Source: Candidatus Micrarchaeota archaeon (GTDB lineage Archaea > Micrarchaeota > Micrarchaeia > Anstonellales > Bilamarchaeaceae). From it: DNA of 64,000 bases. Where the stretch lies: NCBI GenBank assembly GCA_040753215.1, contig JBFMEZ010000025.1, positions 74,440 to 138,439 on the forward strand, given 5' to 3'. The stretch's first letter is position 1. Every line of letters starts with the position of its first letter. This document shows, piece after piece, positions 18,362 through 26,810 of this stretch. The position numbers and the translations under genes were made by a program. Under the pieces are notes generated by a model. The model had not been told where the DNA came from and did not search any database. It was given only the letters and a program-made list of their open reading frames with translations.

Positions 18362-20008
18362 TCAATCCCCAACCCCCTCTATAATAGCGGCATAAGCCGG
18401 CCTGGATATCAGCAATCCAAGCAGCGCACCCAGTATTGTCGAAATCGCGAACCCGATAATCTCCACCATTCCGGAGAAAAGCAAAGGAACCATCGCAAAC
18501 ACAGCCACCGTAACCGTAGTCGTCACAATCTCGAACGCCTTCGCCAGCTTCTCCTCCCTCGTCCCTTCCTTCTTCAGCAGCTCATCCGTAATCACGATCT
18601 GCGAGTCCACTCCCACCCCAATCGCCGCAATAATCCCCGCCATCCCGGCCAGATCAATAGTGAAAGACCCTATCACCGAAAGAAGTATCACCATCTCAGA
18701 GACGCTTATCGCAATAATGGGCAGGAGTATGCTCACCTTCCTGTACCTCAGCGAAACAAGGATGGAGATAGCCACAAGCGCCAGCCCGAGCCCTATTATG
18801 CTCAGCCTCAGGAACTCTTCTCCCAAAGGTGCGGGAACCACGGTCTTGGAACCGATGGAAATCTGCACAGGAAGCGCCCCGCCCTTCAGGATGGATTCTA
18901 TCTTCCTCTCGCTCTCATAAGCATTCCTTGTCTTGTCCGCTCCCGTCCCCTGCGCAGCCCCGCCTATCTGGAACCCATAATTAGGTATCCCCGTAGTAAT
19001 AGAAGGCGAAAGCCGCGGCGATGAAAGCAGCCCGACCGCCTTCCACTCATCCACCGTAGTCCCCTGCACATCCTCCGAATACTGGAATTTTGGGGAAATC
19101 TCCCCATCCTCCACAACACTTAGCACGAACCCCTTCGCTTCCAGCTGGCTTCCAATCTCCCCAGCCAGCGAGCTTGAAACAATCGCCTTCGTCCTGTTTG
19201 TTTTCGGCGTAAGGTTTCCCAAACCCCCATCATAAACATACAGCCCAATATCATTCCCATCCAGCCGCAGCGCCTCCTCCATCGCGGATAGAATCCCCTC
19301 CCTGTCCGCAACCTGCGCATTCCTGCCCAGCTCTTCCCATGCAGCCACCACAACCGCATCGTTCGGCCTGTCCAGGAACATGTATATGGGATAATTCCCC
19401 TTTCCCTTCACCGCTTCCGCAAAATGCTCCGCCCCCTCCCTGTTCACCGAGAACGCGACCCCCCAGTCCTCCCCCCTTAGCGCTGAAGGCGGCACCCTGT
19501 AAATAGTTCCCGGGAGTATATACTCCCCCCTCATCGCCTCCTTCCCGTCCACAACCCCGGTATACACCCCCTGGTGGGCAAGCACGTCCTCAACTGATTT
19601 TATGAAACCCGGGTCCGAGCTCGGCACCTCCACGTTTATCTGCGATTCACCGACCGCCCTCACCTTCACTTCCGTAAGCCCAAACGCGGATGCCCTTTTC
19701 TTTATCGTATTCACCATCTCGTCCATAAGGCTCGATGGCACAGGCTGCTCCAGTATTACCGGAATCCTCGTCCCCCCGCTGAAATCTATCCCGAACTTCA
19801 GCCCGTGCAGCCCCATGTTGAAAAGCGCAAGGAGTATTATCGCCCCCAGCCCCATCATCTTCAGCTCTTTCCCGTGCCAGAAGTGCGTGAGTGCCCCGAA
19901 CACGATTAGCGCGAGCATGAGGAAAAGTCCGGAGAAAACCGGATAGAGATAAATGGCAGCAGCGAAAAGGAGGACAAGCGCAGCCAGCACTTTCTTTGCG
20001 TCTATCAT
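18362..20008 (-). CDS. secD: Protein-export membrane protein SecD
   Basis: The GIDFSGG motif, a large periplasmic domain, and six C-terminal TM helices are present. The start is assigned to MIDAKK. Confidence 0.75.
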   Translation of the reverse strand: MIDAKKVLAALVLLFAAAIYLYPVFSGLFLMLALIVFGALTHFWHGKELKMMGLGAIILLALFNMGLHGLKFGIDFSGGTRIPVILEQPVPSSLMDEMVNTIKKRASAFGLTEVKVRAVGESQINVEVPSSDPGFIKSVEDVLAHQGVYTGVVDGKEAMRGEYILPGTIYRVPPSALRGEDWGVAFSVNREGAEHFAEAVKGKGNYPIYMFLDRPNDAVVVAAWEELGRNAQVADREGILSAMEEALRLDGNDIGLYVYDGGLGNLTPKTNRTKAIVSSSLAGEIGSQLEAKGFVLSVVEDGEISPKFQYSEDVQGTTVDEWKAVGLLSSPRLSPSITTGIPNYGFQIGGAAQGTGADKTRNAYESERKIESILKGGALPVQISIGSKTVVPAPLGEEFLRLSIIGLGLALVAISILVSLRYRKVSILLPIIAISVSEMVILLSVIGSFTIDLAGMAGIIAAIGVGVDSQIVITDELLKKEGTREEKLAKAFEIVTTTVTVAVFAMVPLLFSGMVEIIGFAISTILGALLGLLISRPAYAAIIEGVGD

Positions 20009-20144
20009 TTTTTCTCCCCACCCATGTGCTCCTTGTAATACAACACCATCACCGCTCTCCTTTTTTCTCGCTCCAGCTCGCCAGTGGCTCGCTTCCGCTC
20101 TGTGCGGCAAATAGGCAAAAAGGAGACCAAAAACCCCAGACTAT

Positions 20145-21251
20145 TCATCCGCCCACCTTCGCCGCATGCTCCTTATACCACAACACCATCACCGCATTTA
20201 ATCCCCAGGTCGCAAACACGTCCCCAACCAGCCCCGCGAGCGCAACCGCCGAAATCTCATAATAAACCGCTATGTGCGTAATCACCGAGACCGCAAACAG
20301 CACCAGGAAGGCAACCATCGCCGAGAAGCTCATCGTCATCCCGGTCTTCATCGCATCAAACGCGTTCTCCCTCGGGTCGCCCCTCCTCTTCACCAGCCGC
20401 GTGGTCAGCAGCACATCCGTGTCCAGCGAGAACCCGACAAGCATCAGCAATGCCGCAAACGAAGGCAATGTAAGCGGTATTCCGAAAATGCTCATCGCGC
20501 CCAGCGCTATTACCACATCGCTCGCAGCGCCCGTAAGCACCGCAAGGCTCGGCACGAGCGTCCTGAAGAAAAAGAACACCAGGATAGTGCTGAGTATTGC
20601 GGAGAAAACAACAACATTGAACGCCTGCTCGAGGAAGTGCGTGCTAAGCGCCGGGCTCACGGTCACCGCCGACCTGCTCGTGTATTCCACGCCCCTGTCC
20701 ACAACCCCCATCACCTGCTCCATCTGCAGGTCGCTCATCCTCATGTAGGCCTCGTTGAATGCGCCCCTGAGCGCATTCAGGTTGGTGTAAAGCCTCGCCT
20801 CTGTATTCGACCCCGCGAGCTCAAACATCCTGTCCGCAATCCCATCCAGCTTCTCCCTCTCCGCCTCATACTCCGCCTGCACCGATGCGTTCTGGTTCGC
20901 CTCCGCCTCCAGCCGCGCCACCTTATCCAGCTGCGTGCCGAACTCCGCCTTCAGGTCGTCCGCCTCATACATCTGCTCGGTCTGCGACACCTCTATCTCC
21001 ATCTTCCTCCCCAGCTCGCTCTCGTACATCTTCACGTTCGCATCAAAGCCGGCAGCCCTCAGGTCCTCCTGCAGTGCGGCCGCATCCGGCTGGTTCGTCA
21101 CTTCTAAAGTTATGAGCGTCCCCCCCCTGAAATCCACGCCCAGCTTCAGGTTGGGCAGGTAGTATATGGATAAGATTATGAGTATGAGCGGGAATATGAG
21201 CAACAGCCGGTAATCTCCCTTATATATATTAGGAATCATCTTATACCCCAA
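20145..21251 (-). CDS. secF: Protein-export membrane protein SecF (with extended periplasmic coiled-coil insert)
   Basis: The GVDFRGG motif and an RND-like TM bundle are present. The secF-secD gene order matches archaeal secFD. Confidence 0.75.
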   Translation of the reverse strand: MGYKMIPNIYKGDYRLLLIFPLILIILSIYYLPNLKLGVDFRGGTLITLEVTNQPDAAALQEDLRAAGFDANVKMYESELGRKMEIEVSQTEQMYEADDLKAEFGTQLDKVARLEAEANQNASVQAEYEAEREKLDGIADRMFELAGSNTEARLYTNLNALRGAFNEAYMRMSDLQMEQVMGVVDRGVEYTSRSAVTVSPALSTHFLEQAFNVVVFSAILSTILVFFFFRTLVPSLAVLTGAASDVVIALGAMSIFGIPLTLPSFAALLMLVGFSLDTDVLLTTRLVKRRGDPRENAFDAMKTGMTMSFSAMVAFLVLFAVSVITHIAVYYEISAVALAGLVGDVFATWGLNAVMVLWYKEHAAKVGG

Positions 21252-21278
21252 AAACCTGTCTGTATTATCCGATAATGT

Positions 21279-21318
21279 TTATAAAATACCGACTTTGTTT
21301 ATAAAATACCGACTTTCA
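21279..21318. promoter_or_regulatory. Tandem direct duplication of a TATA-box promoter element (gtttataaaataccgacttt x2)
   Basis: The 20-bp unit contains TTTATAAAAT and is repeated head-to-tail. It lies in the divergent intergenic region between secF and the sigma-like gene. Confidence 0.6.
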
Positions 21319-21378
21319 GCATCTCCTTCTCCGTCCTATGCGCGGGTTTTTAAAAACGAATCATTATAATAAATAGTT

Positions 21379-22452
21379 ATGCATGGTTCTATCACAGCCA
21401 GCGCCAGAGTGGTGCCTTCCCGCAATAGGAGCCTTCGCGGCAGGCCTCCGCTTGAAAATGTGGTCGCCGCGATCCTAAAGCCGGCGGGCCGCACGAAAGA
21501 AGAGGTGGCTTCCGCAGAGCAGGAGCTAGTCCAGAGGCGGGATTCCGGCAATTTGGGTAAAATCCGGCTTTGCTTGGCAATAAGGGCGATGGGGGCTGAG
21601 CCCTGCGACGCAAAGAAGGGACGCCTCGGCACCATTGTCCCGGATCACCTCCCGGACAGGACATTTGCAGAAGCTTGGGAGATGGTCCTCAAAAATATCC
21701 GCCTCATCGGGAAGTTTCTCTCCAGAATTCAAAATTTGCTAAAGAAATGCAACATCCCTGAAAAAGACGCCGAGCAGATACTCACCGAAAACATGTTCTG
21801 GGCCGCGCTTTTCCACGACGGCTCGAGAGCCGCATTCTCCACATACGCCATGGAATGGTTCAAGAGGGGCCGCACGGGAATCGTTGCAGAAGCAGGCCTC
21901 ATCACATTCCCGCACCACATAGTCACAGAGATGATAATGTTGGAGCGGTTCCGCGACAGGCACCCCCTCATGCCAGCGCACAGGATTGCAGATTGCCTGG
22001 ATATGGCTCCTGTGCGCGTAGAGAGGCTTATGCGCCTCCGCGGGCTCCGCGAATCATCCATACGCCCCTTAAATGCAGATACGCTTTTCAATTCCGACAC
22101 CCCTACCTTCAGGATGCACGAAACCCCGGACGAAACCCGCGGGGTGGTGCCCATAACGAGCTTCCCGCATGATGTGGTCGAGAAGATGAGGCCGCACCAG
22201 GAAGACGCTATCCTCAGGGAACAGCTCGACCAGAGCATGCGCAACGCCCTGCTGGTCCTGACTCCAAGGGAATCGCGGGTCCTGAAGATGCGCTTTGGGT
22301 TTGGAACGGGGGAAGGTGACACCTTCGAAGAAGCCGCCCGAAAGATGAACGTAACCAGGGAACGCATCCGCCAGATAGAAGCCAAGGCGCTGCGCAAGCT
22401 GTGGCACCCATCGCGCAGGTCTTTGCACCATTTCTTAGAGGATGATGATTAA
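21379..22452 (+). CDS. Bacterial-type sigma-70 (RpoD-like) homolog with degenerate region 2 and near-canonical region 4.2
   Basis: The C-terminus LTPRESRVLKMRFGF...VTRERIRQIEAKALRKLWHPSRRSLHHFLEDDD matches RpoD region 4.2 and even its C-terminal FLDD ending. Region 2.4-3.0 reads FSTYAMEWFKRGRTGIVAEAGLITFPHHIVTEMIML (compare FSTYATWWIRQAITR...RIPVHMIETINKL in RpoD). Region 2.1 reads EMVLKNIRLIGKF (compare EMVEANLRLVISIA). The first ~100 aa are unrelated to sigma factors. Confidence 0.65.
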   Translation: MHGSITASARVVPSRNRSLRGRPPLENVVAAILKPAGRTKEEVASAEQELVQRRDSGNLGKIRLCLAIRAMGAEPCDAKKGRLGTIVPDHLPDRTFAEAWEMVLKNIRLIGKFLSRIQNLLKKCNIPEKDAEQILTENMFWAALFHDGSRAAFSTYAMEWFKRGRTGIVAEAGLITFPHHIVTEMIMLERFRDRHPLMPAHRIADCLDMAPVRVERLMRLRGLRESSIRPLNADTLFNSDTPTFRMHETPDETRGVVPITSFPHDVVEKMRPHQEDAILREQLDQSMRNALLVLTPRESRVLKMRFGFGTGEGDTFEEAARKMNVTRERIRQIEAKALRKLWHPSRRSLHHFLEDDD

Positions 22453-22507
22453 TCCTGCTTATTATGCAGGCAGGTAAATTGGCAGACAGCATACTGCTGA
22501 CAGCAAA

Positions 22508-22530
22508 TGCGGCCGCCGGGATTCGAACCC
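22508..22530 (-). other. Displaced 23-nt copy of the tRNA-Gly(TCC) 3' end (T-arm plus acceptor), an att-like duplication
   Basis: Identical to positions 23141-23163 of the intact tRNA. It is separated from the tRNA by the cdd cassette. Confidence 0.8.
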
Positions 22531-22534
22531 TCCC

Positions 22535-22629
22535 AAAAACGCGGAGGGGAGCGCCCCTCCCCATTTTTAGGGTTCATTCTGACCCTCCCCCAACTTCTCT
22601 TTGCAACCCTTTGCCAGTACTCCTTACGC
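22535..22629 (+). repeat. Family B repeat, copy B1
   Basis: It contains aaaacgcggaggggagcgcccctcccca (a near-palindromic hairpin), then ttctgaccctccccc, ctttgcaa, and ...actccttacgc. Nine other copies are present in the window. Confidence 0.8.
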
Positions 22630-22634
22630 AAGGT

Positions 22635-23024
22635 TCAATATGCCTTATCCCAAGGATATGGAAGCAGCTCCCTGAGTTTGGCTACTTTATTTTTTCCAAT
22701 AATAACTTCTGTATCCAGGTTTTCTTCACTAATCTGGCTCATGAACTCTCTGCACGCTCCACACGGAGGGATAATTCCATATTCCGAAACTGCCACTATT
22801 TTCTTTATTTTGTACTCCCCGTTCGTAACCATGGCAGCGATGGCACCCTGTTCTGCACAGAAACCCATGCCAGAGGCGGTGTCTATACTTACGCCCGAAT
22901 AAATAGTGCCTTTATTTGAAATTAGCGCACATCCAACATCCCCGATTGTGAATCCGTGTTTTATCTTTCTCGGCTTCAATATGGATTTGGCCTTCTCAAC
23001 CAGTTGCTCATCCGTTATTTGCAT
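22635..23024 (-). CDS. cdd: Cytidine deaminase
   Basis: The zinc-binding motifs CAEQGAI and PCGACREFM are present. The protein is ~129 aa, starting at MQITDEQL. The gene is markedly AT-rich (~40% GC) relative to its surroundings. Confidence 0.8.
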   Translation of the reverse strand: MQITDEQLVEKAKSILKPRKIKHGFTIGDVGCALISNKGTIYSGVSIDTASGMGFCAEQGAIAAMVTNGEYKIKKIVAVSEYGIIPPCGACREFMSQISEENLDTEVIIGKNKVAKLRELLPYPWDKAY

Positions 23025-23099
23025 GATTATTGCTCTTTCATCAAATTTTAAAGCCTTAATTCCACCGGTCTTTGACCAGCGGTAGTTCACAAACAAAGC

Positions 23100-23140
23100 A
23101 CGGATACCGAAAACCCAAAACGGGAAACAGGAAACTGTTT
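23100..23140 (-). terminator. T-rich GTTTCCN heptamer array immediately 3' of tRNA-Gly(TCC)
   Basis: On the transcribed strand it reads aaaacagtttcctgtttcccgttttgggttttcgg, with several oligo-T runs. An equivalent array follows tRNA-Gly(GCC) at 38521-38559. Confidence 0.5.
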
Positions 23141-23211
23141 TGCGGCCGCCGGGATTCGAACCCGGGTCGTTGGCTTGGAAGGCCAAAATCCTACCGCTAG
23201 ACTACGGCCGC
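23141..23211 (-). tRNA. tRNA-Gly (anticodon TCC)
   Basis: Cloverleaf: acceptor GCGGCCG/CGGCCGC, D-arm TAGTCTAGCGGTAGGA, anticodon stem ttggc/gccaa with loop cttCCaa, and T-arm GGGTTCGAATCCC. CCA is not encoded. Confidence 0.85.
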
Positions 23212-23287
23212 TCTCCTTTTTACATCGTGAAGCTCGCCATAGCTCGCTTCACTCTGCCTTTGGGTTGCCTCGCTCATGCTGCAGCAT

Positions 23288-23334
23288 TCTGCATCGCTGC
23301 GGCGATGTCTGGCGAAGTTCTGCGGAACTTCACC
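23288..23334 (+). repeat. Family A repeat, partial copy A2
   Basis: It contains the gcatcgctgcggcgatg hairpin followed by tctggcgaagttctgcggaacttcacc. Confidence 0.6.
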
Positions 23335-23396
23335 ATCGCTCGGCGCAAAAAGGAGCCCAAAAACCTCAAGCTCCTTTACCTCATTTCTCTCTACGT

Positions 23397-23448
23397 TTCT
23401 GACCCCCTCCCACTTCACTTTGCAACTCTTTGAACGTACTCCTTACGC
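23397..23448 (+). repeat. Family B repeat, partial copy B2, upstream (on the minus strand) of tRNA-Gly(TCC)
   Basis: Reads ttctgaccccctcccacttcactttgcaactctttgaacgtactccttacgc. Confidence 0.7.
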
Positions 23449-23500
23449 GTGGGGTTCAGTATTTATATTATGGCAAGAGAAGAAAATTAAAAGACCGCGC

Positions 23501-24817
23501 TCAGAGCACGGGCAGATACTCCTTAACTTCCCACGGCGTGACCTGCGTCCTGTACGCGTCCCAGTGCATCCTCTGGGCATCCAGCAGATTGGAATAGATA
23601 TGCTCCCCCAGCGTCTCCCTGATTAAGGAATCCTTCTCCATCTCCTCCATCGCCTCCCCCAGGGACCCCGGCAGCGTCTTCAGCCCTTTCGAATGCTCCT
23701 CTTCGTACACATCCTCCTCAACCGGCTCCGGCGGCTCCATCTTCTTCTCTATTCCATCCAGCCCCGCAGCAAGCATCACCGCAAAAGCCAGATAAGGATT
23801 GCAGGAGGGGTCCGGGCACCGAAGCTCGCACCTCGCAGCCCCGCCCCTCCCCTTCTGGTGCCTAGGAACCCTTATGAGCGCAGAGCGGTTCACCTGCCCC
23901 CAGCATATGTACACCGGCGCCTCATACCCCGGAACAAGCCTCTTATACGAATTCACCGTTGGCGCAACCACCCCTGCGAATCCCCTCGCATGCGCCAGCT
24001 GCCCTGCAATGAAATTCCTCGCAGCATCCGAAATCCCGAACCTCCCTCCCCCATCCGCAAACGCATTCCCCCCGTCCTTCCACAGGCTCTGGTGTACATG
24101 CATCCCGCTCCCGTTAATCCCAAACACAGGCTTAGGCATGAAGGACGCAAAAAGCCCGTATTTCTTGGCTATGATTTTCACCGCATCCTTGTAGGCCATA
24201 ACAGAATCCGCAACCCCCAGCGCATCCCCATACCTGAAATCTATCTCGTGCTGCCCGGGCGCGACCTCATGGTGCGACATCTCTATGGAGAGCCCCATCG
24301 CCTCAAGCGCAGGCACAAGCTCCCTCCTCATGCCCGCCGCAAGGTCCATCGGGCTCAGGTCGAAATACGCACCGCTGTCATGCGGCTCCGGGGAAGTGCT
24401 AAGCCCATCCTTCCCCTGGAAGAGGAAGAACTCCAGCTCAGGCCCGGTCTTATAAGAATACCCCATCCCCTCCGCCTTCTTCAGCACCCTTTTCAGAACC
24501 CCCCTCGGGTCCCCCTCAAACGGCTTCTCCTCCGTAGTATACACATCGCACATCACCCTCGCCACGCTCGGCTCCCACGGGAGCACCGCAAAGGTCCCGG
24601 GCTCCGGCTTAAGGAGCATGTCGCTCTCGCAGATCCTCGCAAACCCCTCTATGGAGCTCCCGTCAAACCACATCCCGCTCTCCAGTGCATCCTCCAGCCG
24701 CCCCACGGGAATCTCGCAGTTCTTCGCAGTCCCAAGCACATCCACGAACCTGAGCTGCACGAACCTCACTCCCTTCTCTTCCGCCTCGGATAGAACTTTT
24801 TTTGCCTCCTCTTCCAT
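23501..24817 (-). CDS. glnA: Glutamine synthetase type I
   Basis: GS catalytic-domain motifs are conserved. The start is assigned to MEEEAKKVLSEAEEKGVRFVQLRFVD. The longer ORF upstream only covers a heptamer array. Confidence 0.85.
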   Translation of the reverse strand: MEEEAKKVLSEAEEKGVRFVQLRFVDVLGTAKNCEIPVGRLEDALESGMWFDGSSIEGFARICESDMLLKPEPGTFAVLPWEPSVARVMCDVYTTEEKPFEGDPRGVLKRVLKKAEGMGYSYKTGPELEFFLFQGKDGLSTSPEPHDSGAYFDLSPMDLAAGMRRELVPALEAMGLSIEMSHHEVAPGQHEIDFRYGDALGVADSVMAYKDAVKIIAKKYGLFASFMPKPVFGINGSGMHVHQSLWKDGGNAFADGGGRFGISDAARNFIAGQLAHARGFAGVVAPTVNSYKRLVPGYEAPVYICWGQVNRSALIRVPRHQKGRGGAARCELRCPDPSCNPYLAFAVMLAAGLDGIEKKMEPPEPVEEDVYEEEHSKGLKTLPGSLGEAMEEMEKDSLIRETLGEHIYSNLLDAQRMHWDAYRTQVTPWEVKEYLPVL

Positions 24818-24959
24818 AAACTCAACCCCCTTCAGTTTCCGGTTCCCTGTTCTCAGTTCCCCGAATTTGGTTCCAACCTTTGTTTCCGCCCATTTATTAC
24901 CCTTTCCCGCATTCCGCGATACAAATGCCTTAAATATATTCCTATTCCAATACAAATGC

Positions 24960-25439
24960 ATGAAAAAATTCTCAAAATTGATTAAAAATGAACAAATGAT
25001 GCTCGACCATCTGGACGAGGAGCTCCTGGATGCGCTCTGCCAAAACCCCCGCCGCTCCTCCCGCGAGCTCGCGAGGGAGCTCAACTCCTCCCCCTCCACA
25101 ATCCTCAAGCGCCTCTCCTCCCTGGAGAAATCAGGAATAATCCGCGGCTATTCAATAGAGCGCAACTGGGAATCCCTCGGCTACGATTTCATGGCCCTCA
25201 TCGAAGTTACCATCCGCAAGGGCGCGCTGCTCGAAGTGCAGAAGAAAATCTCACAGCTCCCCGGAGTGGTTTCAGTGTACGATGTGACTGGCCAGGCCGA
25301 TTCCATGGTGCTCGCCCGCTGCAGGAACCGCAGGGAATTCAGCGGGCTCGTGAAGAAGATACTCGCCATGGAGCAGGTTGAGCGCACCAACACCCACGTG
25401 ATTCTCAATACAATAAAAGAGAACTACCGCATGCTCTAG
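24960..25439 (+). CDS. lrp: Lrp/AsnC family transcriptional regulator, divergent from glnA
   Basis: An HTH_AsnC domain (RRSSRELARELNSSPSTILKRLSSLEKSGII) is followed by a RAM domain. A TATA-like TTAAATATATT lies about 25 nt upstream. Confidence 0.8.
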   Translation: MKKFSKLIKNEQMMLDHLDEELLDALCQNPRRSSRELARELNSSPSTILKRLSSLEKSGIIRGYSIERNWESLGYDFMALIEVTIRKGALLEVQKKISQLPGVVSVYDVTGQADSMVLARCRNRREFSGLVKKILAMEQVERTNTHVILNTIKENYRML

Positions 25440-25473
25440 ATTTCTTTTTATTTCTAACCTCCCAAATCCCCGC

Positions 25474-25854
25474 ATGGAATCCTTTACAATCCGCACTTCC
25501 AGGAAGGTGGAGGTCCTGGACATCACTTCCGAAGTCTCCAAAAGAATGAAGGGCGGTTCCCTCTGCGTGCTCTTTACCCCGCACACCACCGCCGCGCTGA
25601 CCGTAAACGAGTTCGAGCCCCTCCTCAAATCCGATTTGGAGAGATTCTACTCCTCCACGATACCGGAGAAAAACTGGAAGCACAACTCCATAGACAACAA
25701 CGCTGAGGCGCACCTCCTCTCATCCATTATTAAGCCTTCCGTCGCAATCCCAGTAAAAGGCGGTTCCCTTTCCCTGGGAACATGGCAGAAAATCCTTTTC
25801 ATAGAGCTGGACGGCCCGCGTACCCGCACCGTCCACATGCAGGTGTTGGAATGA
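25474..25854 (+). CDS. YjbQ/UPF0047 family protein (secondary thiamine-phosphate synthase-like)
   Basis: The length and the pattern VLFTPHTTAALTVNE...AHL match the YjbQ family. Confidence 0.6.
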   Translation: MESFTIRTSRKVEVLDITSEVSKRMKGGSLCVLFTPHTTAALTVNEFEPLLKSDLERFYSSTIPEKNWKHNSIDNNAEAHLLSSIIKPSVAIPVKGGSLSLGTWQKILFIELDGPRTRTVHMQVLE

Positions 25855-26549
25855 GGGCAAAAGTCCTGTACAACAAAACGAAGGATTGGGCGGTGAAAAC
25901 CGCGAAGGAGGTTTCGGAATTCCTGAAATCCGCAAAGGTCCAGCAGGTGGAAAAGGGCGCGGACTTCACCATAGTAATCGGGGGGGACGGCACCATCCTC
26001 TATCACAAGAATGAGCTGGAGGGCGCAATCTTCGGGGTTGGGAGCGAGCGCAGCTACGTATGCCAGTCAAGGCAGGAGAACTGGAGGGAAAAGCTCCGGT
26101 CCTTCCTCAAAAACCCCCGCGCAGAGGAGCGCATCCTCCTCTCTGTTTCCATGGAGGGAAAGGAAATCGGCTTCGCGATAAACGATGCCGCCTTCCTCTC
26201 AAGGGACCACAACATGCTGCACATTTCCATCTCCGTGGATGGGGGTTCCTGCACCTTCCCAGCGGACGGCCTCATAATCTCAACCCCCACCGGCTCCACC
26301 GCCTACTGCTATTCCGCTGGCGGGGTGAAGCTGGATGCGCCCCTTGATGCGGTCGAGCTCGTCCCCATCGCCCCCTTCAAGCACTGCTTCGACCCGATGG
26401 TCGTCTCGGCCCAGCGGGAAATAAGGGTGAGCACCGAAGAGCCCTGCCACCTCCTTATAGATGGCCAGCAGCTCATCCAGCTCAAGGAGAAAACCCCGGC
26501 CGCTATCCGGAAGCACAAAAGGAAAATCGCATTCGCGGAGGTCCCCTGA
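25851..26549 (+). CDS. nadK: NAD kinase
   Basis: The GGDGT motif and the NE/D short motif are present, with a conserved C-terminal domain. Confidence 0.8.
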   Translation: MRAKVLYNKTKDWAVKTAKEVSEFLKSAKVQQVEKGADFTIVIGGDGTILYHKNELEGAIFGVGSERSYVCQSRQENWREKLRSFLKNPRAEERILLSVSMEGKEIGFAINDAAFLSRDHNMLHISISVDGGSCTFPADGLIISTPTGSTAYCYSAGGVKLDAPLDAVELVPIAPFKHCFDPMVVSAQREIRVSTEEPCHLLIDGQQLIQLKEKTPAAIRKHKRKIAFAEVP

Positions 26550-26806
26550 TGGGCATGGAAATAGTGAAGAAGGGCTACACGGAAGCCCACATCCGCATCG
26601 CAGGAATCCTCCAGCTCCACAGGTTCATTGTAGTGAAGGAGAAAACCGCTTTCGGTGAAATCCCCGTCTTGGTCCCCGAGAGAAAAATCGCCCTTCCGCT
26701 AACCGAGGCCCTCAAGGTGGCGAACGAATCCGGCCTGCCCGCCCGCTCCTCCTCAGGCCTGGTTTTCCCGCCCGGAAAATTCGCGAAGGATTTCGCCCGG
26801 AAGTGA
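26549..26806 (+). CDS. Small hypothetical protein
   Basis: 85-aa ORF whose start overlaps the nadK stop. Confidence 0.3.
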   Translation: MGMEIVKKGYTEAHIRIAGILQLHRFIVVKEKTAFGEIPVLVPERKIALPLTEALKVANESGLPARSSSGLVFPPGKFAKDFARK

Positions 26807-26810
26807 TCCC

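Noticed and set aside
22508-22530. tRNA 3' fragments as split-tRNA halves (Nanoarchaeum-style)
   Set aside because: The fragments comprise only the T-arm and acceptor strand (23-24 nt). They are exact duplicates of the 3' ends of adjacent intact tRNAs, consistent with att duplications rather than functional halves.
22635-23186. N-terminal extension of the cdd ORF (MAFQANDPGSNPGG...) as listed in the track
   Set aside because: The extension runs through the tRNA-Gly(TCC) gene and the heptamer terminator. The conserved deaminase starts at MQITDEQL (23024).
24818-25108. Long N-terminal extension of glnA (MRIVEGEEL...)
   Set aside because: It is low complexity, covers a heptamer array, and is not part of the GS fold. 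Start reassigned to MEEEAKK.
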